Assembly (NCBI GenBank): GCA_012295275.1
Contig: CM022671.1
Location: 8,494,001 to 8,558,000 of the forward strand
Source of the DNA: Chrysomallon squamiferum
Taxonomy: Eukaryota > Animalia > Mollusca
Length of the DNA: 64,000 bases
Reading direction: 5' to 3'
In this document: one piece after another, positions 1-13,300 of the stretch
Layout of the letters: each line of letters starts with the position of its first letter
How positions within the stretch are numbered: position 1 is the first letter of the stretch
The notes under the pieces: generated by a model
The model's database searches: none
What the model was told of the DNA's origin: nothing
What the model saw: only the letters and a program-made list of their open reading frames with translations
Program-made: the position numbers and the translations under genes

Positions 1-3000
1 TGATATCACTGAAAACAAATAACAAATAAGTTGTTATATATATTTGTATATGTGTATGTACTACAGTTATTAATTTACGAAGCGTATCTATTTTTATCTA
101 TTTATTTTTTAATTCATCTAAGCTTAAATGGTCTTTAATTTTGTTTTCTGTTTTAAAATTTCATAAAGAGTCCGATCTTGTTTCATTTTGTTTTCCTAAT
201 AAAGATAAAAAAAAACACACACACACGCGCACAACTATTCTTACATACACTGATGTTTATACATTATCACATACGTACAATCCGAAAGATAGACATATAC
301 ACACATATATAAAACAAGCATATGTACATAGAGTATATTAATGACACATTGCAGCTTTTTAATGTATGATCCAAATAGATTACTACTCTTTATAGGCTTA
401 TTATTCAGCAATAAAGGCGTCATTTTACGTAAGCATTTGTTTTAAAACGTTTCAACAACTGTTTGAAATGTATACGTGCATGTCGATAACCTGCAAAGCT
501 GACTAGGAATAATAACATTTCAAAGATTAAGGACGTGATTACGTTTTCAACATTTCCTGGCATGTTGCCTGATACAGGGATATAATGTCTTCGTCGTATC
601 AGAACATGGAATTGTATAATTATATACATTACTGTGACTTGTTTTTGTGGTAAATTAATTTTCTGTAGTTTGGAGATCACGTACATGCTGTGTTAAGGTT
701 CTGTACTTTACATATCGTTTTAATATTAAATCAATAATTCTTAATGTCAAGAAAATATATCACTGACGTGTCTAATTAATTATTCTTTGTTCAGACTGAC
801 CCTGTAATGTAATATGATATGATATCATATAATAGAGCATAGTATAGCATAATGCAAAGTAATGCAATACAGTATAGTACATATACAGGCTAAGGTTCCA
901 TTACTCAGAAACATTAAACAAGCACCAGAAGTAGTAATACCTTAGTTTTCTCACTGCGTAGCAAAATAATACATGTATCCAAGCAAACCGATGCTGTGAG
1001 AACAACCCCCGTGTAATGTTAAATTAAATAAAAATAAACACAGTTTAGGATTAACAGATTTAATTAATTGCGAAGACTCTGTATCTATTTCTGTGTATAT
1101 GTATATATATATGTATATATATATATATATATATATGTCTTTTCTTTATGGTAGTATTAAACTATGAAAAAAATATTATTTATAAGGGGAAAAGCGACTA
1201 AAACAAAGAATGAAAAATAATAGATAAATGTTCAAAGAAAACATTTAACAACAGCAAGAATAATGCTGAATTTAAAAAAATTAAATGAATTTGGTAATAG
1301 GCAACAAAACAACAAACCAACGTTGACATCAAAGGCTGATGGTAAGAATAATATTATAATTTATAATCTATCTATCTATCTATCTATCTCTATATCTGTC
1401 TGTCTATCTATCTATCTATCTCTCTATATCTATCTATCTATCTCTCTATATCTGTCTGTCTATCTATCTATCTATCTATCTCTCTATCTATCTATCTAAT
1501 TAAAAAACAAACAAAATACAAGCAAAACGAAAAAACAAACTACTGATAAAGAGGATCTGGAGAGAATACGAAACAAAATTCATGAAACTTAATACAGGTT
1601 GTTTTACACGACATCAGAATCTGAAGATTCTTGGCTTTCGAATGTAAAATCATGACACTTAATGACACCGATACGTTATCACAACGTCTGTTATTATTTA
1701 TTATTAAATTCTCTGAATTAATTATTTCTTTCTTCTTCTTCTTTAATTATTTATTTTATAATAGAAGATGCCCCTGATTCAACAGAATATCTCCAATGGA
1801 AAAGAAGTGAAATAAATCAGATACCTGTGTCTCGAAATATCTTTATTGTGATGGAAAATGAAAAGATAGCAAAGAACATTATAACTTAATTTTTCTTCTT
1901 AAATATTACATATCTTCGGAAATTTAGTACACGAAGTCACCAATAATAAAAATAACAACAATAATATTAACAGGAAGACTGCAGATAAACAGCTTCTAGG
2001 TAGTATTATTTATACAGTGTTATAAACTAGAGCAAAATGCACACATTCCATAACCTTTGAAAGAAAAGAAAATTACCTCGAATGTGAGGAAACAAGTACT
2101 GTAGAGCGAGTTAAGCCGACAATGAATAGGATGCGATTATAGCAGCAAAAAATCAGAACTTTTGAAATCGTTCAAAACTCGGTTTCTCTCTCTCTCTCTC
2201 TCTTTATCTTATCTCTCTCTTTTTTTTATCTTTTATTGATTGGTTTAACGCTCTGCGAACGAAACTCGGGGTCTCTGTAATTTGTAAGAGCGGTGAAGCT
2301 GGAAATGTTATCACCCAGAACTGGACGTGCTAATTACAAGCTCGTGGAGAGAAGGTTTGATTAAGGCTGCAGGGTGATCATTGGAAAATTTAGCAGATTA
2401 CAGAATTAATGCTGTTAAAATACTTTTCTGGTAAAACATTTAAGTAATTAAATACTTTAAAAGATCAACGTATGTTTATATATATATATATTATTGTGAG
2501 ATAATTTTATATAATTACATATTTTTTTAATTATAATTCGATATGGACAGGATATAACTGTTGTGCATACCTCACTATATACATTTTGTTTTCTGTAAAA
2601 GAAAAAGGGATACGTAATTACAAACACTCCGCATATAAGATTTTATTCCCATTTTTTTTTTTACGTTCATATAGATTGTCTCCTCTCTTTTAGATATCGA
2701 GTAAAGTTGTTAATGTTCCTAGTTTAACGATGGCTCAGCTCATGCAGAATTATTGCTATAACAAGTTATTTTTACGGAAGAACAGATTAGAAGTAAACAT
2801 TACAGTATTAGTGTTAGTGTTAGTAGTGGTAAAAGTAGCAGTATAAGGGATAGTAATAGTAGTAGTAGTAGTAGTAGTAATAGTAGTAGTAGTAGAAACA
2901 GCAGCAGAAGTAGTAGTGATACTAAAGCTATCAGTGGTAGTAGTAGTGGTTTAAATTAATTTATTTATATTTCTTTTATTGTTTCTTTTTTATTTCTGTC

Positions 3001-3239
3001 CCCAAAGTGAATGGTAAACCAAAACAGAAAATAATATACACTACTTATTTTGTTAATTTCTTAATAATTAATAACGTAAAATGGATTAAAATCATCTCCG
3101 ACGGCATTACTTTTCGAGCCTTGAATAAAAAAAACAAAAACAGTTACAGACAATTGTTCATCTAAAACTAAATTTGATCTGTACTACAGAAGTCAACGTT
3201 ATGGACTTCTATCTGTCAGGGAAATTAAAGATAACAGGT

Positions 3240-4650
3240 TGTTAACAGGGACTAATGTATACTGTTAACAGGGGACTAATGTATACTGTTAACAGGGGAC
3301 TAATGTATACTGTTGACAGGGGACTAATGTATACTGTTAACAGGGGACTAATGTATACTGTTAACAGGGGACTAATATATACTGTTAACAGGGGACTAAT
3401 GTATACTGTTAACAGGGGACTAATGTATACTGTTAACAGGGGACTAATGTATACTGTTAACAGGGAACTAATGTATACTGTTAACAGGGAACTAATGTAT
3501 ACTGATAACAGGGAACTAATGTATACTGATAACAGGGAACTAATGTATACTGTTGACAGGGAACTAATGTATACTGTTAACAGGGAACTAATGTATACTG
3601 ATAACAGGGAACTAATGTATACTGTTGACAGGGAACTAATGTATACTGATGACAGGGAACTAATGTATACTGTTGACAGGGAACTAATGTATACTGTTGA
3701 CAGGGAACTAATGTATACTGTTAACAGGGGACTAATGTATACTGTTAACAGGGGACTAATGTATACTGTTAACAGGGAAGTAATGTATACTGTTAACAGG
3801 GACTAATGTATACTGTTAACAGGGAACTAATGTATACTGTTAACAGGGGACTAATGTATACTGTTAACAGGGAACTAATGTATACTGATAACAGGGAACT
3901 AATGTATACTGATAACAGGGAACTAATGTATACTGATAACAGGGAACTAATGTATACTGATGACAGGGAACTAACTAATGTATACTGTTAACAGGGGACT
4001 AATGTATATGTTAATGTATACTGTTAACAGGGAACTAATGTATACTGATAACAGGGAACTAATGTATACTGATAACAGGGAACTAATGTATAGTGATAAC
4101 AGGGAACTAATGTATACTGTTAACAGGGAACTAATGTATACTGATAACAGGGAACTAATGTATACTGTTGACAGGGAACTAATGTATACTGTTAACAGGG
4201 AACTAATGTATACTGTTAACAGGGGACTAATGTATACTGTTAACAGGGAAGTAATGTATACTGTTAACAGGGACTAATGTATACTGTTACCAGGGGACTA
4301 AAGTATACTGTTAACAGGGAAGTAATGTATACTGTTAACAGGGGACTAATGTATACTGTTAACAGGGGACTAATGTATACTGTTAAAAGGGGACTAATGT
4401 ATACTGTTACCAGGGGACTAATGTATACTGTTAACAGGGAAGTAATGTATACTGTTAACAGGGGACTAATGTATACTGTTACCAGGGGACCAATGTATAC
4501 TGTTAACAGGGAACTAATATATACTGTTAACAGGGAAGTAATATATACTTTTGACAGGGAAGTAATGCTTATTGTTGACAGGGAAGTAATGCTTACTGTT
4601 GACAGAGAAGTAATGCTTACTGTTGACAGGGAAGTAATGCTTACTGTTGA
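3240..4650. repeat. 24-bp minisatellite (ACTAATGTATACTGTTAACAGGGG), ~58 units
   Basis: Tandem units are directly visible and give rise to the spurious MYTVNRGL ORFs. Confidence 0.97.
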
Positions 4651-6685
4651 CAAAATAATAACAACAGTAATTACCGATATCATCATCACCCGACCATCCA
4701 CTTTGAATTTGCGGAAGACAACAATCCATACCATAGAGATGATATGAACAGTAAAATAATTAGTTACTTAATACAGTTATTTCTCATAACGAAAAGATGC
4801 ATGAGTTAGCTGTTGTGACTCTATTTATAAATAGGTAAATATAATTTCGAAATGTATCACTGTATCACTGTATATATTTTATCTCCTTTTCTGCTTGCTT
4901 TATTGTAGTGAAGTAATGTTGTATTAAATTTTATTTATTTATTTGACGGATAAAGAAAATACCGATAGTATTATATAAAAAAACAATGCTATTATCCACA
5001 ACCACATTAAATAATCATAATTTTTCCAATTTTTCTCAAACTTTCACCGTTACATTTCAAAATAAAAAATAAAAATATGAAAAATAGCTAGCTGTGTAAT
5101 ATAATATTCTGTGCTCTGTAGTTTCACAACATGACATAAATTACAAGCATTTAATCATGATTTTGGAGTTGTTTCTTTTTTCTTTTTTCTTTTATTATTA
5201 TCATATCTTTACTGTATCGAGGGGACACCATCTTAAACAAATTTGAAATGAATATCTTACGTTACTATTGCAAGTTCGTCTTCATAGGCAGACGAGGTCA
5301 TCTAGACAACAGCTGCCTTTCTTTGATCCTGCGATCTGCTATCAAATAACATACCATGCTGTTCTTATGAGAAGGTGTTTTTAACCAACGTAATTACTCA
5401 CTTGGAGTTCATGCAAAGAATACCCTGTTTTTACAGCTCCGTTTGCACTATGTGCAGCACCTAACACAGGTCATATGTACTCAGTGATGTATATTATACT
5501 CTGTTTTTATTTACTCACATAGCCATCTATATAGCTACCTACTTACCTACCTACATGCCTATCAACCTATATGCATGCAGATGTACACAGGTATACACAT
5601 ACACTCATAGATATATATACACACATACACAGAATCATACAAACGTACATATCTCTGAAACCTTCCAAAGAGATTATTTTATGTCATATGTCCCTAGGAT
5701 AAAAAAATAGGGGTCGGCAACCAATTATCCGGCCAGATAGGAGTCCTGATCAAACAAGATCGTAAGACATTGTGGTTTTAGCAAAGTTTATTCACAATTA
5801 TCATATTATTTTATCATATTAGTGTATTTACATTTGTTCTCGCTATTTTTTATTTCTCCATACTGATTACTTTGCATTTTTTTCCATGTATATATATATA
5901 TATATATATATATTATGCAATTTAATATGGTATAGTATAGCATAATGCAAAGTAATGGAATACAATTCAATATTTGTAGAGACTGGGGATCCATTATTCG
6001 GAATTCCAAAATTAGAAACATTTGAACGAGCACCAGAGCATTGGAAAGTGAAAAGATATCAATGAAAATTTCTTCTTGAATATTATATATCATCGGAAAT
6101 TTAGTAGACGAAGTCAATAATAATAATAATAATAATAATAATTAATAATTATAATAATAATAATATAAAAATAACAGGAAGACTGCAGGTAGTACTATTT
6201 ATACAGTGTTATAACTCAGAACAAAGGTCGACAACCTTCTGAGAGGGGAGGCCAGACTGCAAACAGTGTTTTGGTGGAATGCAGTGTTTTCAAAGATATC
6301 AAATGCTATTATCCACAACCAGCTTATACAAATAATCTTCAGATTTGTTTGTATAATTTTTTTTAAAATGTTGTGTATAAAATAAAGTTTTCGTTTCCTG
6401 AGCAGTCAGAAAAGTTTAACATATCACTCTTTCTGGTGCTCGTTAAATGTTTCTGATTTTGGAATTTCGAATAATGGATCCTCAGCCTATACATGTATTG
6501 TATTGCATTATTTTGTATTATGCTATACTATACTACATTATATTATATCACATAACATTATATCATCACATTATATTACAGGGATAGTCTGACAAAAAAT
6601 ATGTAAAAGTACAGAGCCTTAACACGCAAATACGTGAATATCGAAAAACGTGATCTCCAAACTGTTGAAAATTAATCAACCGTAT

Positions 6686-6885
6686 NNNNNNNNNNNNNNN
6701 NNNNNNNNNNNNNNNNNNNNNNNNNNNNNNNNNNNNNNNNNNNNNNNNNNNNNNNNNNNNNNNNNNNNNNNNNNNNNNNNNNNNNNNNNNNNNNNNNNNN
6801 NNNNNNNNNNNNNNNNNNNNNNNNNNNNNNNNNNNNNNNNNNNNNNNNNNNNNNNNNNNNNNNNNNNNNNNNNNNNNNNNNNNNN
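6686..6885. other. Assembly gap (200 N)
   Basis: Run of exactly 200 N, a fixed-size scaffolding gap. Confidence 0.99.
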
Positions 6886-7516
6886 AACAGGGGACTAATG
6901 TATATACTGTTAACAGGGAACTAATGTATACTGTTAACAGGGACTAATGTATACTGTTAACAGGGGACTAATGTATACTGTTAACAGGGGACTAATGTAT
7001 ACTGTTAACAGGGGACTAATGTATACTGTTAACAGGGGACTAATGTATACTGTTAACAGGGGACTAATGTATACTGTTAACAGGGGACTAATGTGTTACA
7101 GGGGTTACTAATGTATACTGGGGACTAATGTATACTGTTAACAGGGGACTAATGTATACTGTTAACAGGGGACTAATGTATACTGTTACTGTTAAAGGGG
7201 ACTAATGTATACTGTTAACAGGGGAACTAATGTATACTGTTAACAGGGGACTAATGTATACTGTTAACAGGGGACTAATGTATACTGTTAACAGGGGACT
7301 AATGTATACTGTTAACAGGGAACTATACTGTTAACAGGGAACTAATATATACTGTTAACAGGGAACTAATATATACTGTTAACAGGGGAAGTAATATATA
7401 CTGTTGACAGGGGAAGTAATGCTTATTGTTGACAATGCTTACTGTTGACAGAGAAGTAATGCTTAATAACAGAAGTAATGCTTACTGTTGACAGGGAAGT
7501 AATGCTTACTGTTGAC
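6886..7516. repeat. Second, noisier stretch of the same 24-bp minisatellite
   Basis: Same unit, starts right after the N gap, many indels. Confidence 0.93.
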
Positions 7517-8960
7517 AAAATAATAACAACAGTAATTACCGATATCATCATCACCCGACCATCCACTTTGAATTTGCGGAAGACAACAATCCATACCATA
7601 GAGATGATATGAACAGTAAAATAATTAGTTACTTAATACAGTTATTTCTCATAACGAAAAGATGCATGAGTTAGCTGTTGTGACTCTATTTATAAATAGG
7701 TAAATATAATTTCGAAATGTATCACTGTATCACTGTATATATTTTATCTCCTTTTCTGCTTGCTTTATTGTAGTGAAGTAATGTTGTATTAAATTTTATT
7801 TATTTATTTGACGGATAAAGAAAATACCGATAGTATTATATAAAAAAACAATGCTATTATCCACAACCACATTAAATAATCATAATTTTTTCCAATTTTT
7901 CTCAAACTTTCACCGTTACATTTCACAAAATAAAATATGAAAAATAGCTAGCTGTGTAATATAATATTATGTGCTCTGTAGTTTCACAACATGACATAAA
8001 TTACAAGCATTTAATCATGATTTTGGAGTTGTTTCTTTTTTCTTTTTTCTTTTATTATTATCATATCTTTACTGTATCGAGGGGACACCATCTTAAACAA
8101 ATTTGAAATGAATATCTTACGTTACTATTGCAAGTTCGTCTTCATAGGCAGACGAGGTCATCTAGACAACAGCTGCCTTTCTTTGATCCTGCGATCTGCT
8201 ATCAAATAACATACCATGCTGTTCTTATGAGAAGGTGTTTTTAACCAACGTAATTACTCACTTGGAGTTCATGCAAAGAATACCCTGTTTTTACAGCTCC
8301 GTTTGCACTATGTGCAGCACCTAACACAGGTCATATGTACTCAGTGATGTATATTATACTCTGTTTTTATTTACTCACATAGCCATCTATATAGCTACCT
8401 ACATGCCTATCAACCTATATGCATGCAGATGTACACAGGTATACACATACACTCATAGATATATATACACACATACACAGAATCATACAAACGTACATAT
8501 CTCTGAAACCTTCCAAAGAGATTATTTTATGTCATATGTCCCTAGGATAAAAAAATAGGGGTCGGCAACCAATTATCCGGCCAGATAGGAGTCCTGATCA
8601 AACAAGATCGTAAGACATTGTGGTTTTAGCAAAGTTTATTCACAATTATCATATTATTTTATCATATTAGTGTATTTACATTTGTTCTCGCTATTTTTTA
8701 TTTCTCCATACTGATTACTTTGCATTTTTTTCCATGTATATATATATATATATATTATGCAATTTAATATGGTATAGTAAAGCATAATGCAAAGTAATGG
8801 AATACAATTCAATATTTGTAGAGACTGGGGATCCATTATTCGGAATTCCAAAATTAGAAACATTTGAACGAGCACCAGAGCATTGGAAAGTGAAAAGATA
8901 TCAATGAAAATTTCTTCTTGAATATTATATATCATCGGAAATTTAGTAGACGAAGTCACC

Positions 8961-9012
<52 letters not shown>

Positions 9013-10362
9013 TAACAATAACAGGAAGACTGCAGGTAGTACTATTTATACAGTGTTATAACTCAGAGCAAAGGTCGACAACCTTTTTGAGAGAGGGGGC
9101 CAGACTGCAATGCAGTGTTTTGGTGGAATGCAGTGTTTTGAAAGATATCAAATGCTATTATCCACAACCAGCTTATACAAATAATCTTCAGATTTGTTTG
9201 TATAATTTTTTTTTTAAATGTTGTGTATAAAATAAAGTTTTCGTTTCCTGAACAGTCAGAAAAGTTTAACATATCACTCTTTCTGGTGCTCGTTAAATGT
9301 TTCTGATTTTGGAATTTCGAATAATGGATCCTCAGCCTATACATGTATTGTATTGCATTATTTTCCATTATGCTATACTATACTACATTATATTATATCA
9401 CATAACATTATATCATCACATTATATTACAGGGATAGTCTGACAAAAAATATGTAAAGTACAGAGCCTTAACACGCAAATACGTGAATATCGAAAAACGT
9501 GATCTCCAAACTGTTGAAAATTAATCAACCGTATTTACCTTAAAAACAAGTCATAGTAATTTGGCAGTAAAAAAAACAATTATATACTGGCGACATAATT
9601 CCCTGTACTGATAAAACGATAACATTATAGCGCTATATGCGGCAACATGCCAGGTAATTTTTAAACTGTAATCACTTCCTTACTCTGTGAAATGTTATTA
9701 TGTCCTTCAGCTATACATTTCATACAGTTGTTGAAATACTTTAAAAGAAATGTTTACGTAAAATGGCACCTTTATTGCTGAATAATAAACCTGTAAAGAG
9801 TAGTAATGTATTGGGATCATACATCTAAAAAACTTGCAATGTGTCATTAATATCTTTTATGCTTGTATATACATGTGTGTGTATATATCTATCTTTCGGC
9901 TTGTACTTTTGTGATACAGTACAGACATCAATATATGTCTGTATGTGGGTAAGAATAGTTGTTTATGTTTGTGTGTTATTTATCTTTATTACAGAAAGAA
10001 AATGAAACAAAATCGGATATTTTGTGAAATATTAAAAAGGAAACAAAATTAAGGATCATATAAGGTTAGATGAATTAAAAAAACAAATAAATAAAACAGA
10101 TACGTACCGCAAACATTAATAATAGTAGTACATACACACAAATAAATAAATAAATGTATACATAATAACTTATTTTCTTATTGATTTACAGTAATATTCT
10201 ATATGACCGAGAACATTTTTTGTTGATAACTATATATATTTGTCAAATTTCCGTTCAGCTATAAACACAATATGGCTAAGCAATATTTAAGTATTTTTCT
10301 TTTTTTTTGAAGTTGAATGCAGCTTATTTCATGCCTTGATACTAGGTGACAAAACGTTTCAG

Positions 10363-13300
10363 TTACATTGTCTGTACGGGAGGCAGTCCATTTTGTGCTT
10401 CTGAATTCAGTATAGAAGGTAATCCAGCTCCTGCTCCAGAAGTTAGTGAGGGAGACAATCCATTTCCTGTTCCGATTGGTGGTAATGTAGGTAATCTATT
10501 TCCTGTTCCGATTGGTGGTAATGTAGGTAATCCATTTCCTGTTCCGGTTGGTGGTAATGTAGGTAATCCATTTCCTGTTCCGGTTGGTGGTAATGTAGGT
10601 AATCCATTTCCTGTTCCGGTTGGTGGTAATGTAGGTAATCCATTTCCGGTTCCGGTTGGCGGCAATGGAGGTAATCTATTTCCTGTTCCGGTTGGCGGAG
10701 GCAATCCATTGGATGAAGGTGAAGGTGTAGTAAGTCCACTTCTTGTATTTTGATTATTGTCATCCACTCCAACCCTCTGAAAAACACACATTGTATAATC
10801 ACAATTATTATAATGATGATTATAAAAGTGATATTTATGTGTGTATTACCTATACATGCATATATGAATGGATGAATGCTGCCTATTTAACGGATTTAGA
10901 ATTTAGATAACAATTTTTGTAGGTTACATTTGAGTTGAATTGTGGATAGTTTTGGAACTTTTCACTCATAAAAACACATCGCCTGTCATTCATTTTATTC
11001 TAGCACTAATGGAACCAGTATTATTGAGATGTGTCCGAGCCACTTGTTGTCAATACAATTACTGTCTTTTACTACAAGTAATTCTTACTTACGTTTTGTT
11101 TTCGATTCTTATACCGTATGTAAAACACTCTAACAAGAATAACCACAAGGACTGTGAGAATTATCATGCCTGCGATGATTCCTGCCAAAATTCAAATACA
11201 AGAAGAAAAGTATTTATATTATGTAGATTTAAAAATGTGTTAAAGCGCGTCGTTAAATAACATACCAACAATCTTATAAAGTAAAAAACAACAAAACAAC
11301 AAAACTATAATTGTATGTACAGGTAGGATATCTCTGAGACGTAAATTATACAAGAAAACGCGAAATAAAATAAAATATACATCAATGATTAGTATATCAA
11401 TATAACATATAAATGAATGGACATTGATAGAACACACTTTTATAGAAACAAAGCTCTGGATCTGGCAGTAATAATATTAATTAATTCTGAAATTTTGAGA
11501 GAGGCATCATTATAATGTACTTGAGTACAGCTGTAAAATTATAAAAACAACCCAGCAACAAACAATCAAATCAAATACACAGTTTTAATCAAACCTGCAA
11601 TGACTGCAGTATTTTTCGGTGAGGGTTCAGCTGAAATATATGGTACGGTGGTATTATCTGTATTAGATGTCTCGGTGGTATGATCTGTAGTAGATGTCTC
11701 GGTGATGTTATCTGTAGTAGATGTCTCGGTGGTGGAAGCTGTCGTGCATGGCGCTGGGGTCGTCTGGTTAGTGACACCACACGTCAGGGTTAGGACAACA
11801 CCAGGGGTTGTGGCTACGTTATCCAAGAAAATATGGAAAAGAGTAAAAACCATAAACTTGTATGTTTACTAGTACACGTAGTCCGCAGCAATACGAAAAC
11901 TCACTTATATGAATTTATATAGAAGAAGCTAGAGTACACAATAATAACAACAATAATAATAGTGGTAGTACTTGCAGTAGTAGTAGTAGTAGTAGTAGAA
12001 GCAGTAGTAATAGCAATGCTGACGAAGACGATAATGATGTTACTAATAAGGATTATCATAATAAGAATGATTATGTTTATACTAAATACTAAATATGGAT
12101 GAATATGTGTATTATGCTATGTTTTTTCATATATGTATATGCAGGTGCATGAAATGTGTATGTGTGCACATATATATCTGTGTATGTGTATGTGTGTGTG
12201 TCTGTGTGTGTAAGTGTATGTTACATTCAGTATATTAATTCAATTAATTCATAGGCTAAAAAAGTCATTTATTACCATTTATCTGTATCCATATTTTTCC
12301 ACCATTTATTTGTCCATTATTAAGTCTGAGTTTAATAAAATTTGTAGAACTCTGATATATTTGTGTAATATTATATCCAGTGTTGTTGCTACAGGCGATA
12401 TTTGTTACGTCGTTGCCGTCCTCAATTTCAAGTTGTTGCAGACATTGGAATGACAATTCTATAGCGGTGATGGTGATGTTGTTGCCGCATGACGTAGACA
12501 CTGTGCACTCTTGTAAAGAGTTGTTGACATTGATGAGACCTGGGTATTCTGTATTCAGTAAATAAACTTCTGTTCCAGTTAGCGATGTGTTGTTGTCTGA
12601 GAAACTTGCAGTTACCATTTCTGTAAAACAAATCTGGTCTTTTACATTTTATTTCCAAATATTCAAAAGGAAATACAAAACATAAATGAAATAATAATAT
12701 AATATAATGTAATATAATATAACGCGCCCAAATGTTGTAAATTGTCTGATAATTATTTTCTTCATGTATATATATATATATGCATATTTAGAAAGATATA
12801 TATTTATATATAAGCATTCTAAAATAGAAAATAAGATGTCGCCACCATCGATAATAATAATACACAAAAGACCCACAACCACAACCAAAAAAGTAACAAG
12901 AATGCGAAAAGAAAATTCAGAATATAAATGAAATAATATAACATATTATAATGCGCTCAAATGTTTATAAATGATCTGATAATTTTGATTTCATTATATA
13001 TATATATATGTGTGTGTGTGTGTGCTTATTTAGAAATATATTTATATATATAAGCATACTGAAATAGAAAATAAGATGTCGCCACCCTCGACAATAAAAA
13101 AAAATAATAAAGAAAACACCCAGAAACCCCACCAAAAAGTAACAAGCGAAAACCCACCAATTATTATATATATATATCACTATACAAATGCGCAAATAAT
13201 ATATGCTAGTAACTAATGTTGTTAATGAAATATTTTCCTTTGTGAATTTACAAACTGGTAAAATAATATTTACATTAATTTTCTGAAATTATACACTTTG

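Larger units (their letters stand above)
4500..9534. repeat. Near-identical ~2.2-kb direct duplication flanking the gap (4500-6685 vs ~7350-9534)
   Basis: Colinear and almost identical, differing in microsatellite lengths and scattered SNPs. The first copy ends exactly at the gap (aatcaaccgtat). Confidence 0.9.

Noticed and set aside
3255-4747. ORFs of MYTVNRGL repeats; CRISPR-like appearance
   Set aside because: Pure 24-bp tandem repeat with no unique spacers, frame broken by 23-bp units, eukaryotic context and no cas genes.
5806-6117. 103-aa ORF duplicated at 8654-8962
   Set aside because: It spans a (TA)n tract in AT-rich non-coding DNA, and the duplicate arises from the probable assembly overlap.
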